A program made the position numbers and the translations under genes. Shown here in pieces: positions 1 through 11,039 of a stretch of DNA of 64,000 bases (position 1 is its first letter; each line of letters starts with the position of its first letter). Source of the DNA: Heterodontus francisci (taxonomy: Eukaryota); the NCBI RefSeq assembly GCF_036365525.1, contig NW_027142279.1:434001-498000 (forward strand). Reading direction: 5' to 3'. Under the pieces are notes generated by a model. That model worked only from the letters and a program-made list of their open reading frames with translations, ran no database searches and was not told the origin of the DNA.

Positions 1-906
1 CAGAGACAGAGAGAGAGAGACAGATAGATGGAGATCGAGTAATATAGCGTTTGGAAAAGATAGACAGAGTGAGGTAGAGAGACAGAGATGGAGTGACTGA
101 GAGACAGACAGAGAGAGAGAGAGAGAGGCAGAGAGAGAGAGAGAGACAGACAGAGAGGGAGAGAGAAAGTAGGCAGAGAGAGAAAGTAGACAGAGATAGA
201 GTGAGATAGTTGACGCACAGAAAGAGAGACAGAGTGAGGTGGTGAGACAGATAGAGTGATAGAGAGAAAGAGCGAGAGGCAATCAGAGACAGTGAGAGAC
301 TGGCAGCCAGAGCGAGAAAAAAGAACATTAGAGACAGGCAAAGAAATAGGAGGAAAAGGATAGAAAGAGTAAAGGGAGGAAGGAAAACAGAGAACAAGCC
401 AAAGAGGCAGAGAGAGAGAGACAGGGACAGAGCGAGAGAGAAAGGAAGAGAGAGAGAGACTAACAGAGAGAGAGACAAACAGAGAAACAGAGGGAGGGAG
501 AGACAGAGCGAGAGACAGATAGACAGAGAGAGACAGTAGACAGAGGCCGAGTAAAATAGTGTTAGGCACAGACAGACAGACAGATGTGGTAGTGAGTCAG
601 ATGGAGAGACAGAGACATAGAGAGATACAGAGAGAGAGAGAGGCAGACAGAGACAGTGAGAGAATGAGAGGCAGAGAGAAGTGAGAACGTCAGAGACAGG
701 CAAAGATAGAGAGAGAGAAAGGAGAGAAAGTGTAAAGTGAGGAAGGGAAACCGAGAACAAGACAAAGAGGCAGAGAGAGACAACGATGGAGAGAGAGAGA
801 AAGAAAGAGAGAGAGAGAGAGAGCGACGCACAGAGAGACAGAGGTAGACAGAAAGAGAGAGGGAGCAGCGAGAGAGACAGAGGGAGGAAGAGAGAGAGAG
901 AGAGAG

Positions 907-945
<39 letters not shown>

Positions 946-3500
946 CAGATAGATAGAGAGAGAGACAGTAGACAGAGATAGAGTCAGATAGTGTTAGGCA
1001 CAGAAACAGAGACAGTTGAGGTAGTGAGACAGATGGAGAGCCAGAGAGAAAGAAAGAAACAGACAGAGAGGCAGACAGAGACAGTGAGAGAGTGAGAGGC
1101 AGAGAGGAGAAGGAAGAACGCCAGAGACAGGCAAAGATAGAGAGAGAGAAAGGGAGAGAAAGAGTAAAGAGAACGAGGAAAACAGAACAAGTCAGAGAGT
1201 CAGAAAGAGAGATGGGGCAGAGAGAGAAAGTGGCAAAGAGTGAGAGGCAGACAGAGAGAGAGAGAGAGAGGGACAGAGGGAGAGCGAGACAAAGAGAAAG
1301 AGACAGAGAAAAAGAGATAGAGGCAGACTGAGAGTGAGAGAGNNNNNNNNNNNNNNNNNNNNNNNNNNNNNNNNNNNNNNNNNNNNNNNNNNNNNNNNNN
1401 NNNNNNNNNNNNNNNNNNNNNNNNNNNNNNNNNNNNNNNNNNNNNNNNNNNNNNNNNNNNNNNNNNNNNNNNNNNNNNNNNNNNNNNNNNNNAGAGTTGG
1501 AGAGAGGGGCAGACAGAGACAGTGACAGTCTAAGAGGCAGAGAGAAGAAAGAAGAACGTTAGAGACAAGAAAAGATAAAGAGAGACAGAAAGGGAGAGAA
1601 AGAGTAAAGGGATGAAGGGAAACAGAGAACAAGACAAAGAGGCAGAGAGAGTCAGAGAGAGAGAGACAAGGAGAGACAGAGAGAGAGTGGCAGACAGAGG
1701 AACAGAGGGAGGGAGGGAGGGAGAGAGAGAGCGATAGCAGACAGAGATCGAGTGAAATACGGTTAGGCCGAGAAAGAGAGACAGAGAGAGGGAGTGAGAC
1801 AGATGGAGAGACAGAGCGAAAGAGACAGACAGAGAGAGAGGCAGACAGAGACAGTGAGAGAGTGAGAGGCAGAGAGAAGAAGGAAGAACGTCAGAGACAG
1901 GCAAAGATAGAGAGATAGAGAGAAAGGGAGAGAAAGAGTAAAGGGAAACAGAGAACAAGACAAAGAGGCAGAGTGAGAGACAGGGACAGAGGGAGNNNNN
2001 NNNNNNNNNNNNNNNNNNNNNNNNNNNNNNNNNNNNNNNNNNNNNNNNNNNNNNNNNNNNNNNNNNNNNNNNNNNNNNNNNNNNNNNNNNNNNNNNNNNN
2101 NNNNNNNNNNNNNNNNNNNNNNNNNNNNNNNNNNNNNNNNNNNNNNNNNNNGAAATAGTGTTAGGCCGACAAAGAGAGACACATGGAGTGACAGAGAGAA
2201 AGCAAGAGCCTGAGCGAGGGGCAGACAGAGACAGTGAGAGTCTGAGAGGCAGAGAGAGAAGAACGAAGGCCGTCAGTGGCAGACAAAGATAAAGAGACAG
2301 AAAGGGAGAGAAAGAGTAAAGGGAGGAAGGTAAACAGAGAACAAGTCAAAGAGGCAAAGACAGTCAGAGAGAGAGAGACAGGGACAGAGAGAGAGATATA
2401 GAGAGAGAGGCAGACAGAGAGACAGAGAGAGTATGAGAGGCAGAGAGAGAAGAACGAAGGCCATCAGTGACAGGCAAAGGCAGAGAGACAGAAAGGGAGA
2501 GAAAGAGTAAAGGGAGGAAGGAAAACAGAGAACAAGACAAAGAGGCAAAGAGAGTCAGAGNNNNNNNNNNNNNNNNNNNNNNNNNNNNNNNNNNNNNNNN
2601 NNNNNNNNNNNNNNNNNNNNNNNNNNNNNNNNNNNNNNNNNNNNNNNNNNNNNNNNNNNNNNNNNNNNNNNNNNNNNNNNNNNNNNNNNNNNNNNNNNNN
2701 NNNNNNNNNNNNNNNNNNNNNNNNNNNNNNNNNNNNNNNNNNNNNNNNNNNNNNNNNNNNACAGAGACTGGGAGAGACAGTAGACAGAGATAGAGTGAGA
2801 TACTGTTCAGCAGAGAAAGAGAAGAAGAATGAGGTAGTGCGACAGATGGAGAGACTGAGAGAAAGAGAGAGACAGAAAGAGGGGCAGGCAGAGGCAGTGA
2901 GATACTGAAAGGCAGACAAAGAGAGAGAGAGAGAGAGAGAGGCAGACAGAGAGACAGAGAGAGACAGATAGACAGAGATACAGTGTGATAGTTGTAGACA
3001 CAGAAAGAGAGAGACTGAAATAGCGAGACAGAGATGGAGAGACTGGGAGAGACAGAGACAAAGAGCGGCAGAGAGCGAGAGGCAATGAGAGATGTGAGGC
3101 AGAGAGAGAAAAGGAAGAACATCAGGGACAGGCAAAGATAGAGAGAGAAAGGGAGAAAAAGAATAAAAGGATGAAGCAAAACAGAGAGCAAGACAAAAAG
3201 ATAGAGAGACATAGAGAGAGAGGGAGACAGACAGCGAGACCGGGACAGAAAGNNNNNNNNNNNNNNNNNNNNNNNNNNNNNNNNNNNNNNNNNNNNNNNN
3301 NNNNNNNNNNNNNNNNNNNNNNNNNNNNNNNNNNNNNNNNNNNNNNNNNNNNNNNNNNNNNNNNNNNNNNNNNNNNNNNNNNNNNNNNNNNNNNNNNNNN
3401 NNNNNNNNNNNNNNNNNNNNNNNNNNNNNNNNNNNNNNNNNNGGACGGGGAGAGATAGAGAGAGAGAGACAGACAGAGACAGGAATAGAGACACAGAGAA
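1..3500. repeat. Degenerate (GA)n/(GACA)n microsatellite tract with N-runs
   Basis: Near-continuous gaga/gaca repeats; ORFs here are S/L/C or R/E/D low-complexity artefacts. Confidence 0.95.
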
Positions 3501-3739
3501 AGAAAGACTTGTCGAGAGACTTACACATGGAGAACAAGATTAAAATATGGAGGTGAGAAAGTATTTATGGAAGCAGGAGAGTTCCAATGGGATAATAGCT
3601 AATAAAAGGGAAGGACACGTGATTAAAAGGGAAATTTAAAGTGATAGATAAAGGGACTGAAAAATGAGAGGGAGAGAGAGAGAGATGTGGGGGGGGGGTG
3701 GGGGAGAGAGGTTTTATTGAACTGCTTTGCTACATCGTG

Positions 3740-3753
3740 GGAGGTCAGTATAG
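3740..3753 (+). other. TRBD: TRB-type D segment of the inverted cluster, core GGAGGTCAGTATAG
   Basis: 3' RSS: CACCGTG 3754-3760, exact 23-nt spacer, GCAAGAACT 3784-3792. 5' RSS: CATCGTG 3733-3739 with nonamer-like GGTTTTATT 3710-3718 (14-nt spacer, non-canonical). Lies about 270 nt upstream of a J-like segment. Confidence 0.75.
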
Positions 3754-4021
3754 CACCGTGTTACATTCCTGTGCTCAGCCCATGCAAGAACTCCACCGTC
3801 CGCTTGCCCTTCTCACAGGCTACCCGACTGCCTGCCCCAGTGCCCAGGATCTCCCCACCCCTGCAGCAAGACGCCTCCACTGTCAGGACAGGCAGGAGCA
3901 GACTGAATCTTGAGTTGACCATCTCATGGGGCACATGCCCCCTGAAGAGATAGCAAACTGCCCAGGCAAGGCGAGAGGCTTGCTGGGGTAGGAGTTTTCA
4001 ATGGGGGGTTCACTCTCTGTG

Positions 4022-4070
4022 GTGAACGATCCAGCTACCTTCGGAGGTAGGACCCGACTCACCGTACTGG
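4022..4070 (+). pseudogene. TRBJ: Inverted-cluster pseudo-J, VNDPATFGGRTRLTVL
   Basis: FGxG changed to FGGR; heptamer CTCTGTG 4015-4021, nonamer-like AGTTTTCAA 3993-4001; donor position reads GAAAGT instead of GTAAGT. Confidence 0.8.
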
Positions 4071-4239
4071 GAAAGTAATGCTCGAGTCCAGGTGCTGGAG
4101 GTTGAGTTGGGGGCAAAAGGAGCCGGTACACACAATAATATCTCTGAGTTTACCGTGTCTGACCAGATGGAATCTTATTATTGTGTTGGAAGAGGCCATT
4201 TGATCATTGTGTCTCTTTGGTGCAGAGAGGGGGAAATAA

Positions 4240-5320
4240 ACAGAAAGGGAAATAAGCAGAGAAAAATGTGAGATAGAAAAAATGGCGAGAAAAAAATGGA
4301 ACCAGAGACAGAGACAGATGTAGAAAGAGAGGGAAAGAAACAGAGAGAGAGGGAAAGAAACACAGAGAGAGTGATGATACAGAGATAGATGGAAAGAAAC
4401 AGAGAGAAAGAGAGAGGGAAGAGAGAGAGAGAGAGAGAAAGAAATGGAGAGAAAAAATAAACAGAAACAGAGAGAGAGAGAGAGAGAGACACTACAGGCA
4501 GTAGAGAGGCAGACAGAAAGCCAGTGAGATAAACACAGAGAGAGAATCACACATTGAGAGAGAAACACTCCGAGAGAGAATGAGAGGCAGAGAGAGAGAA
4601 TTTTTTTTCAGAAAGAGAGAGAGATTGATTTCGAGAGAGGGGGAGATATTCAGAGAGAGAGAGAGGCAGAGAGAGAGAGAGGGTGTGGGAGCGATTCAGA
4701 GGGAAGGGGTGTGTTTCAGAGAGAGACAGAGAGAATAAGAGAGAGAGAGAGCAATTCAGAGAGAGAGAGGCAGAGAGAAAGAGTGGGAGCGATTCAGAGG
4801 GTGGGGGGTGTTTCAGAGAGAGAGAGAGATTTAGAGAGAGAGAGAGAGAGAGCAATTCAGAGAGAGAGAGGCAGAAAGAGAGAGAGTGGGAGCGATTCAG
4901 AGGGGGGGTTTCAGAGAGAGAGAGAGAGGGATTTAGAGAGAGAGAGAGAGCAATTCAGAGAGAGCGGGAGAGATTCAGGGAGAGAGGGAGAGAACCCAAG
5001 AGAGAGAGAGATTTACAGAGATTGAGAGACTAAAGGAGAGAGAAGTTCAGGCAGAGAGAGGGCGAGAGATTCAGTCAGAGAGAGAGCAATTCAGAGAGAG
5101 AGGGAGAGATTCAGGGAGAGAGGGAGAGAACCCAAGAGAGAGAGAGGGAGATATTCAGAGAGAGAGAGTGGGACCGATTCAGAGAGAGAGGGAGAGATTC
5201 AGGGAGAGAGGGAGAGAATCAGCGAGGGAGAGATTTATAGAGATTGAGAGAGAAAAGGAGAGAGAGATTCAGGTAGAGAGAGAGAGAGTGAGAGAGAGAT
5301 TCAGTCAGAGAGAGCAATAC
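4240..5320. repeat. GA-rich low-complexity tract
   Basis: (GA)n with recurrent gcaattcagagagag units. Confidence 0.9.
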
Positions 5321-6053
5321 AGTTCTGGACCATTGACCATGGTGCCCGGGTTGGCTCTTTTCTACAGCTGTCTGATTGATCCCAGTTCCCTCCCACCCTA
5401 TCGCTATAGACCTGCAATTCCTCCCTTCAGCTGTTGACCCAATTCTCTTTGTAATACTGTGAGTCAATCCCACCGCCCTTTCAGGCAGTGCATTCCACAT
5501 CACAACAGCTCACTGCTTTGTGTCACGGGAAACAGTTTTGCATCATTTCCTCTGTCAAAACGATGACCGATTGCAAACGTCTCTGCTAATTCTCCACTGA
5601 ACTTTCTCTTCAGGAGAACAATCCCAGCTCCTCCAGTCTCTCCACATTAACTGAAGTCTCTCATCCTTGGTGTCATCTTGTGTGAACTCACTTTATTTCT
5701 CTTTCGTTCACAGTTTCTGCCACTAAGTTCCTCATCCTCATTATTTCTTATCCTTATCTCTCTCTCTACTTGCCCTCTTCCCTTTCCCTGTTGTTTGTCT
5801 CTGCTTGCCCCCTCTCTCCTTGCCATCCTTCGTTTGTGTTCAATCAACTACCTCTCCCTCGCTTTCCTACACACTCCTGTTCTAAGTCTCCTTTTCTCTC
5901 AGTCCTGGTGGTAGTGTTGCCCTGGATGATCGGCTTGCAGCTCTGGACTGGGACTCGGGCAATGAGGATCAGAGAGGGTTCTGTCTCAGAGGCGGCTCAT
6001 AACTGACAGAGTAATGGTTTAAAGGCCTTTTGCGTGAGCAATGTGGTGGCGTG

Positions 6054-6111
6054 AATACGGGAAATTATAACCACGTGTACTTTGGAAACGGAAGTGGATT
6101 AACAGTGTAAG
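6054..6111 (+). pseudogene. TRBJ: Inverted-cluster pseudo-J, NTGNYNHVYFGNGSGLTV*
   Basis: YFGNG motif; terminal Leu codon is TAA; donor position reads ATCAGT; degenerate RSS (TGGCGTG 6047-6053 with GCCTTTTGC 6025-6033, alternative heptamer CAATGTG 6039-6045). Confidence 0.8.
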
Positions 6112-6137
6112 ATCAGTGCAAAATGCAACCCCACGCG

Positions 6138-9100
6138 AACCCTCCCTACCTCTGTAACCTCCTCCAGCCCCTACAACCCTCCCTAACTCTGTAACCTCCT
6201 CTAGCCCCTACAATCCTCCCTATCTCTGTAACCTCCTCCATCCCCTACAACCCTCCCTATCTCTGTAACCTCCTCCAGCCCCTACAACCCTCCCTATCTC
6301 TGTAACATCCTCCAGCCCCAACACCCATCCCTACCTCTGCAACCTCCTCCAGCCCCTACAACCCTCCATTTCTCTGTAACCTCCTTCAGCCCCGACACCC
6401 CTCCCTATCTCTGTAACCTCCACCAGTCCCTACAACCCTCCCTATCTCAGTAACCTCCTCCAGCCCCGACAGCTCTCCTGATCTCTGTAACCTCCTCCAG
6501 CTCCTACACACCTCCCTATCTCTGCAACCTCCTCCAGCCCCTACAACACTCCCTATCTCTGCAACATCCTCCAGCCCTTGCACCCCTCCATAGCTCTGTA
6601 ACATCCTGTAGCCCCGACAGCTCTCCCTATCTCATTTACCTCCTCCAGCCCCTACACTCATCCCTAACTCTGTTATCTCCTCCAGCCCCTACAGCTCTCC
6701 CTATCTCTGTTACCTCCTCTAGCCCCTACACCCGTCCCTATCTCTGTAACCTCCTTCAGCCACTGGACCCCTCCCCATCTCTGTAACCTGCTTTAGATCC
6801 TACAGCTCTCTCTATCTCTGTTACCAGCTCCAGACCCTTCAACCCTCCCTATCTCTGTCACCTCCACCAGTCCCAACAACCCTCCCTATCTCAGTAACCT
6901 CCTCCAGCCCCGACAGCTCTCCTGATCTCTGTAACCTCCTCCAGCGCCTACAACCCTCCATATCTCTGTTACCTCCTCCAGCCCCGACAAACCTCCCTAT
7001 CTCTGTAACCTCCTCCAGCCCCTACAACCCTCCCTACCTCTGTAACCTCCTCCAGCCGCTAGACCCCTCCCTATATCTGTAAACTCTACCAGCCTCTACA
7101 ACCCTCCCTATCTCTGTTACCTCCCCCAGCCCCTACAGCCCTCCCTATCTCTGTAACCACCTCCAGCCTCTACACCCCTCCCTATCCCTGTAACCTCTTC
7201 CTAGTCCCTAAAACCCTCCCTATCTCAGTAACCTCCTCCAGCCTCTACACCCATCCCTATCTCTGTAATCTCTTCCAGCCCCTGCAACCCTCCCTATCTC
7301 TGTAACCTCCTCCAGCCACTACAGCACTCCCTATCTTTATTACCTCCTCCAGTCTCTACAACCCTCCCTATCTCTGTAACCTCCTCCAGCCACTACAACC
7401 CTCCCTATCTCTTTAACCTCCTCCAACCCCTACACCCCACCCTATCTCTGTAACCTCCTCCAGCCCCTGCAACCCTCCCTATCTCTGTAACCTCTTCCAG
7501 CTCCGACAACACTCCCTATCACTGTTATCTCCTCCAGGCCCTGCACCCATCCCTATCTCTGTAACGTCTTCCAGCCCCTACAACCCTCCCTATTACTGTT
7601 ACCTCCTCCAGCCCCTACAGCACTCCCTAACTCTGTAACCTCATCCTGCCCCTAAATCCCTCCCTATATCTGTAAACTCTACCAGCCCCTACAAGACTGC
7701 CTATCTCTGTTACCTCCTCCAGCCACTACAGCACTCCCTATCTCTGTAACCTCCTCCAGCCACTACAACCCTCCCTATCTCTGTAACCTCCTCCAACCAC
7801 TACACCCCACCCTATCTCTGTAGCCTCCTCCAGCCCCTCCAACCTTCCCTTTCTCTGTTACCTCCTCCAGCCCCTAAAGCCCTCCCTATATCTGTAAACT
7901 CTAGCAGCCCCTACAGCCCTCCCTATCTCTGTTACCTCCTCCAGCCCCCACAGCACTCCCTATCTCTATTACCTCCTCCAGCCACGACAGCCCTCCCTAT
8001 CTCTGTAACCTCCTCCAGCCACTACAACCCTCCCTATCTCTGTAACCTCCTCCAGCCCCTGCACCCCACCCTATCTCTGTAACTTCCTCCAGCCCCTACA
8101 ACCCTCCCTAACTCTGTAACCTCCTCCAGCCCCGACAACCCTCCCTATCTCTGTAACCTCCTCCAGCCCCTAAACCCCTCCCTATATCTGTAAACTCTAC
8201 CAGCCCCTTCAGCCCTCCCTATCTCTGTTACCTCCCCCAGCCCCTACAGCTCTCCCTATCTCTGATAACTCTACCAACCCCAACAACCCTCCCTAACTCT
8301 ATAGCCTCCTCCAGCCTCTACAACCCACCCTATCTCTGAAACCTCTTCCAACCCTGATAACCCTCCCTATCTCTGTAACCTCTTCCAACCTCGACTCCCC
8401 TTCCTATCTCTGTAACATCTTCCAGCCGCTACAACCCTCCCTATCTCTGTTACCACCTCCAGCCCCTACAGCCCTCCCTATCACTGTAACCTCCAGCCTC
8501 CACACTCCTCCCTATCCCTGTAACCTCTTCCTAGTCCCTAAAACCCGTCCTATCTCAGTAATATCCTCCAGCCTCTACACCCACCCCTATCTCTGTAATC
8601 TCTTCCAGCCCCTACAACCCTCCCTATCTCTGTAACCTCCTCCATCCCCTAAAGCCCCCTATCTCTGTAACCTCTTCCAGCCCCGACACCACTCCCTATC
8701 TCTGTTATCTCCTCCAGCCCCTGCACCCCTCCCTATCTCTGTAACGTCTTCCAGCCCCTACAACCCTCCCTATCTCTGTTCCCTCCTCCAGTCCCTAAAG
8801 CACTCCCTATCTCTATTACCTCCTCCAGCCACTACACCCCACCCCATCTCTGTAACTTCCTCCAGCCCCTAATCCCCTCCCTATATCTGTAAATTCTACC
8901 AGCCCCTACAACACTCCCTATCTCTGTAACCTCCTCCAGCCACCACCACCCTCCCAAACTCTGTAACCTCCTCCAGCCCCTACAATCCTCCCTATCTCTG
9001 TTACCTCCTCCAGCCCCTAATCCCCTCCCTATATCTGTAAACTCTACCAGCCCCTACAACACTCCCTATCTCTGTTACCTCCTCCAGCCCCATCAGCACT

Positions 9101-10100
9101 CCCTATCTCTATTACTTCCTCCAGTCACTACAACCCTCCCTATCTCTGTAACCTCCTCCAGCCACCACAACACTCCCAAACTCTGTAACCTCCGCCAGCC
9201 CCTACAATCCTCCCTATCTCTGTTACCTCCTCCAGCCCCTAATCCCCTCCCTATATCTGTAAACTCTACCAGCCCCTACAACACTCCCTATCTCTGTTAC
9301 CTCCTCCAGCCCCATCAGCACTCCCTATCTCTATTACTTCCTCCAGTCACTACAACCCTCCCTATCTCTGTAACCTCCTCCAGCCCCTACAACCCTCCCT
9401 ATCTCTGTAACCTCCTCCAGCCCCTAAGCCCCTCCCTATATCTGTAAACTCTACCAGCCCCTGCAACCCTCCCTATCTCTGTTACCTCCCCCAGTCCCCA
9501 CAGCTCTCCCTAGCTCTGTAACTCAACCAGCCCCTGCAACCCTCCCTATCTCTGTTACCTCCCCCAGTCCCCACAGCTCTCCCTAGCTCTGTAACTCAAC
9601 CAGCCCCTACAACGCTCCCTATCTCTGTAACCTCTTTAGCCCCTGCAACCCTCAGTGGCTCAGTGGCGAGCACCGCAGCCTCACAGCTCCAGCTACCCGG
9701 GTTCAATGCTGGGTACTGCCTGTGTGGAGTTTGCAATTTCTCTTTGTGTCCATTTGGGTTTCCTCCAGGTGCTCTGGTTTCCTGCCACGTGCCAAAGACT
9801 TGCAGGTTGATAAGTAAATTGGCCATTATGTATTGCCCCTAGTATAGGTAGGTGCAGGTGGGGATGTGGTAGGAATATGGAATTAGTGTCGGGTTAGTAT
9901 AAATGGGTGGTTGATGGTCGGCACAGATTCGGTGGGCCGAAGGGCCTGTTTCAGTGCTGTATAACTAAATTGAATCCTCCCTATTTCTGTTACATCCTCC
10001 AGCCTCTACAACCCTCCCTATCTCTGTAACCCCCTCCAGCCCCTGCAACACTCCTTATCTCTGTAACCTCTTCCAGCCCCGATAACCCTCCCTATCTCTG
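6138..10100. repeat. 37-bp minisatellite (CCTCCCTATCTCTGTAACCTCCTCCAGCCCCTACAAC), roughly 95-100 copies, interrupted by a SINE
   Basis: Direct tandem repeat 6138-9652, resuming 9973-10100. Confidence 0.97.
9653..9972 (+). mobile_element. tRNA-derived V-SINE (HE1-like) inside the minisatellite
   Basis: tRNA-like head (cagtggctcagtgg...gggttcaa), V-domain-like core (tgggtttcctccaggtgctctggtttcc), LINE-like tail (gggccgaagggcctgtttcagtgctgta). Confidence 0.8.
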
Positions 10101-10104
10101 TTCT

Positions 10105-10200
10105 GTTATCACATCCTTTATAATAGTCTCCAGCATTTTCCCCACTACTGATGTAAGGCTAACTGGTCTGTAATTCCCTGTTTTTTCCCCTCCCTCCTTT
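10105..10200 (-). mobile_element. CR1-type LINE ORF2 fragment
   Basis: Translates KEGGEKTGNYRPVSLTSVVGKMLETIIKD, containing the NYRPVSLTS motif of CR1 reverse transcriptases. Confidence 0.85.
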
Positions 10201-10358
10201 CTTTTACAGAGTCTACAACAAACTGTCGAAGTTGTGGTGAAGGAGAATGGACGCTGGGGTAAACACACGCCCCACCCCTCGCCACAACCCCTCCCCCCCC
10301 CACCCCACCCCGCTTCCATCCCCACCGTTCCTAACACTCATGTTTTGCTCTCCCACAG

Positions 10359-10696
10359 AGGCAGAACAAGAGGTTAACCATCCCACTGTGACCGTTTTTG
10401 AGCTGTCGGATGAAGAAATCAGGGCCCCTATGAAAGCCACGATTGTCTGCCTGGCCAGTGGCTTCTTCTCGGACTACGTTAAGTTCTCCTGGGCGGGGGG
10501 CAACGAGGAGATCGAGACGAAGGATGTGCTGACTGACAGGCAGGTAAAGGATGATGCAGGCCGCGACAGCGTGGACCAGTAGGGTGAGGGTTCCCATGGC
10601 CGAATGGGGCCCGCAAGCAGTATTCCTGCAAAGTGACCCATTACAGTAAAGCCGGCGCAGAGATTTCTCAAGATGCCAAGATCAGCAGTAAGGCAG
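10359..10696 (+). pseudogene. TRBC: Divergent second TRB constant gene, exon 1 (Ig C1 domain), two +1 frameshifts
   Basis: cccacAG acceptor, GTGAGT donor. Removing one G near 10573 and one near 10607 gives (E)AEQEVNHPTVTVFELSDEEIRAPMKATIVCLASGFFSDYVKFSWAGGNEEIETKDVLTDRQVKDDAGRDSVTSRVRVPMAEWARKQYSCKVTHYSKAGAEISQDAKISSKA, with both Cys, the Trp and C-beta-like VTVFExSxEEI...KATxVCL. Confidence 0.9.
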
Positions 10697-11039
10697 GTGA
10701 GTGTCTGCAATGCCTGGAATCACCTCCGCTCCACCCGAGCCCAAAGCAAGGAAGCTATACTGAACCTTTATCAATCCAGCCTTGAGGGAGGATGTGAAGG
10801 CGTTAGAGAGGGTGCACAAAATATTCACGGCAATGGTTCCAGGGATGAGGGAATTCATAGCTTGGGGAAGTCTACATAATAGGTGAGACTGAAGAACACA
10901 GGAAGAGGCCGAGGCCATTCAGCCGTTCAAGCTTGTTCCACCATTCTGTTATATAAATCTAAATCTCTACCATTACTCTATTTTACGCCTCGGTTCAGTA
11001 ACCATCAATAACCTTATGTTCACCCAAATGGTTAGCACT

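Noticed and set aside
3600-3660. CACGTG and GATA motifs upstream of the inverted D as a germline promoter
   Set aside because: Short motifs expected by chance; no other support.
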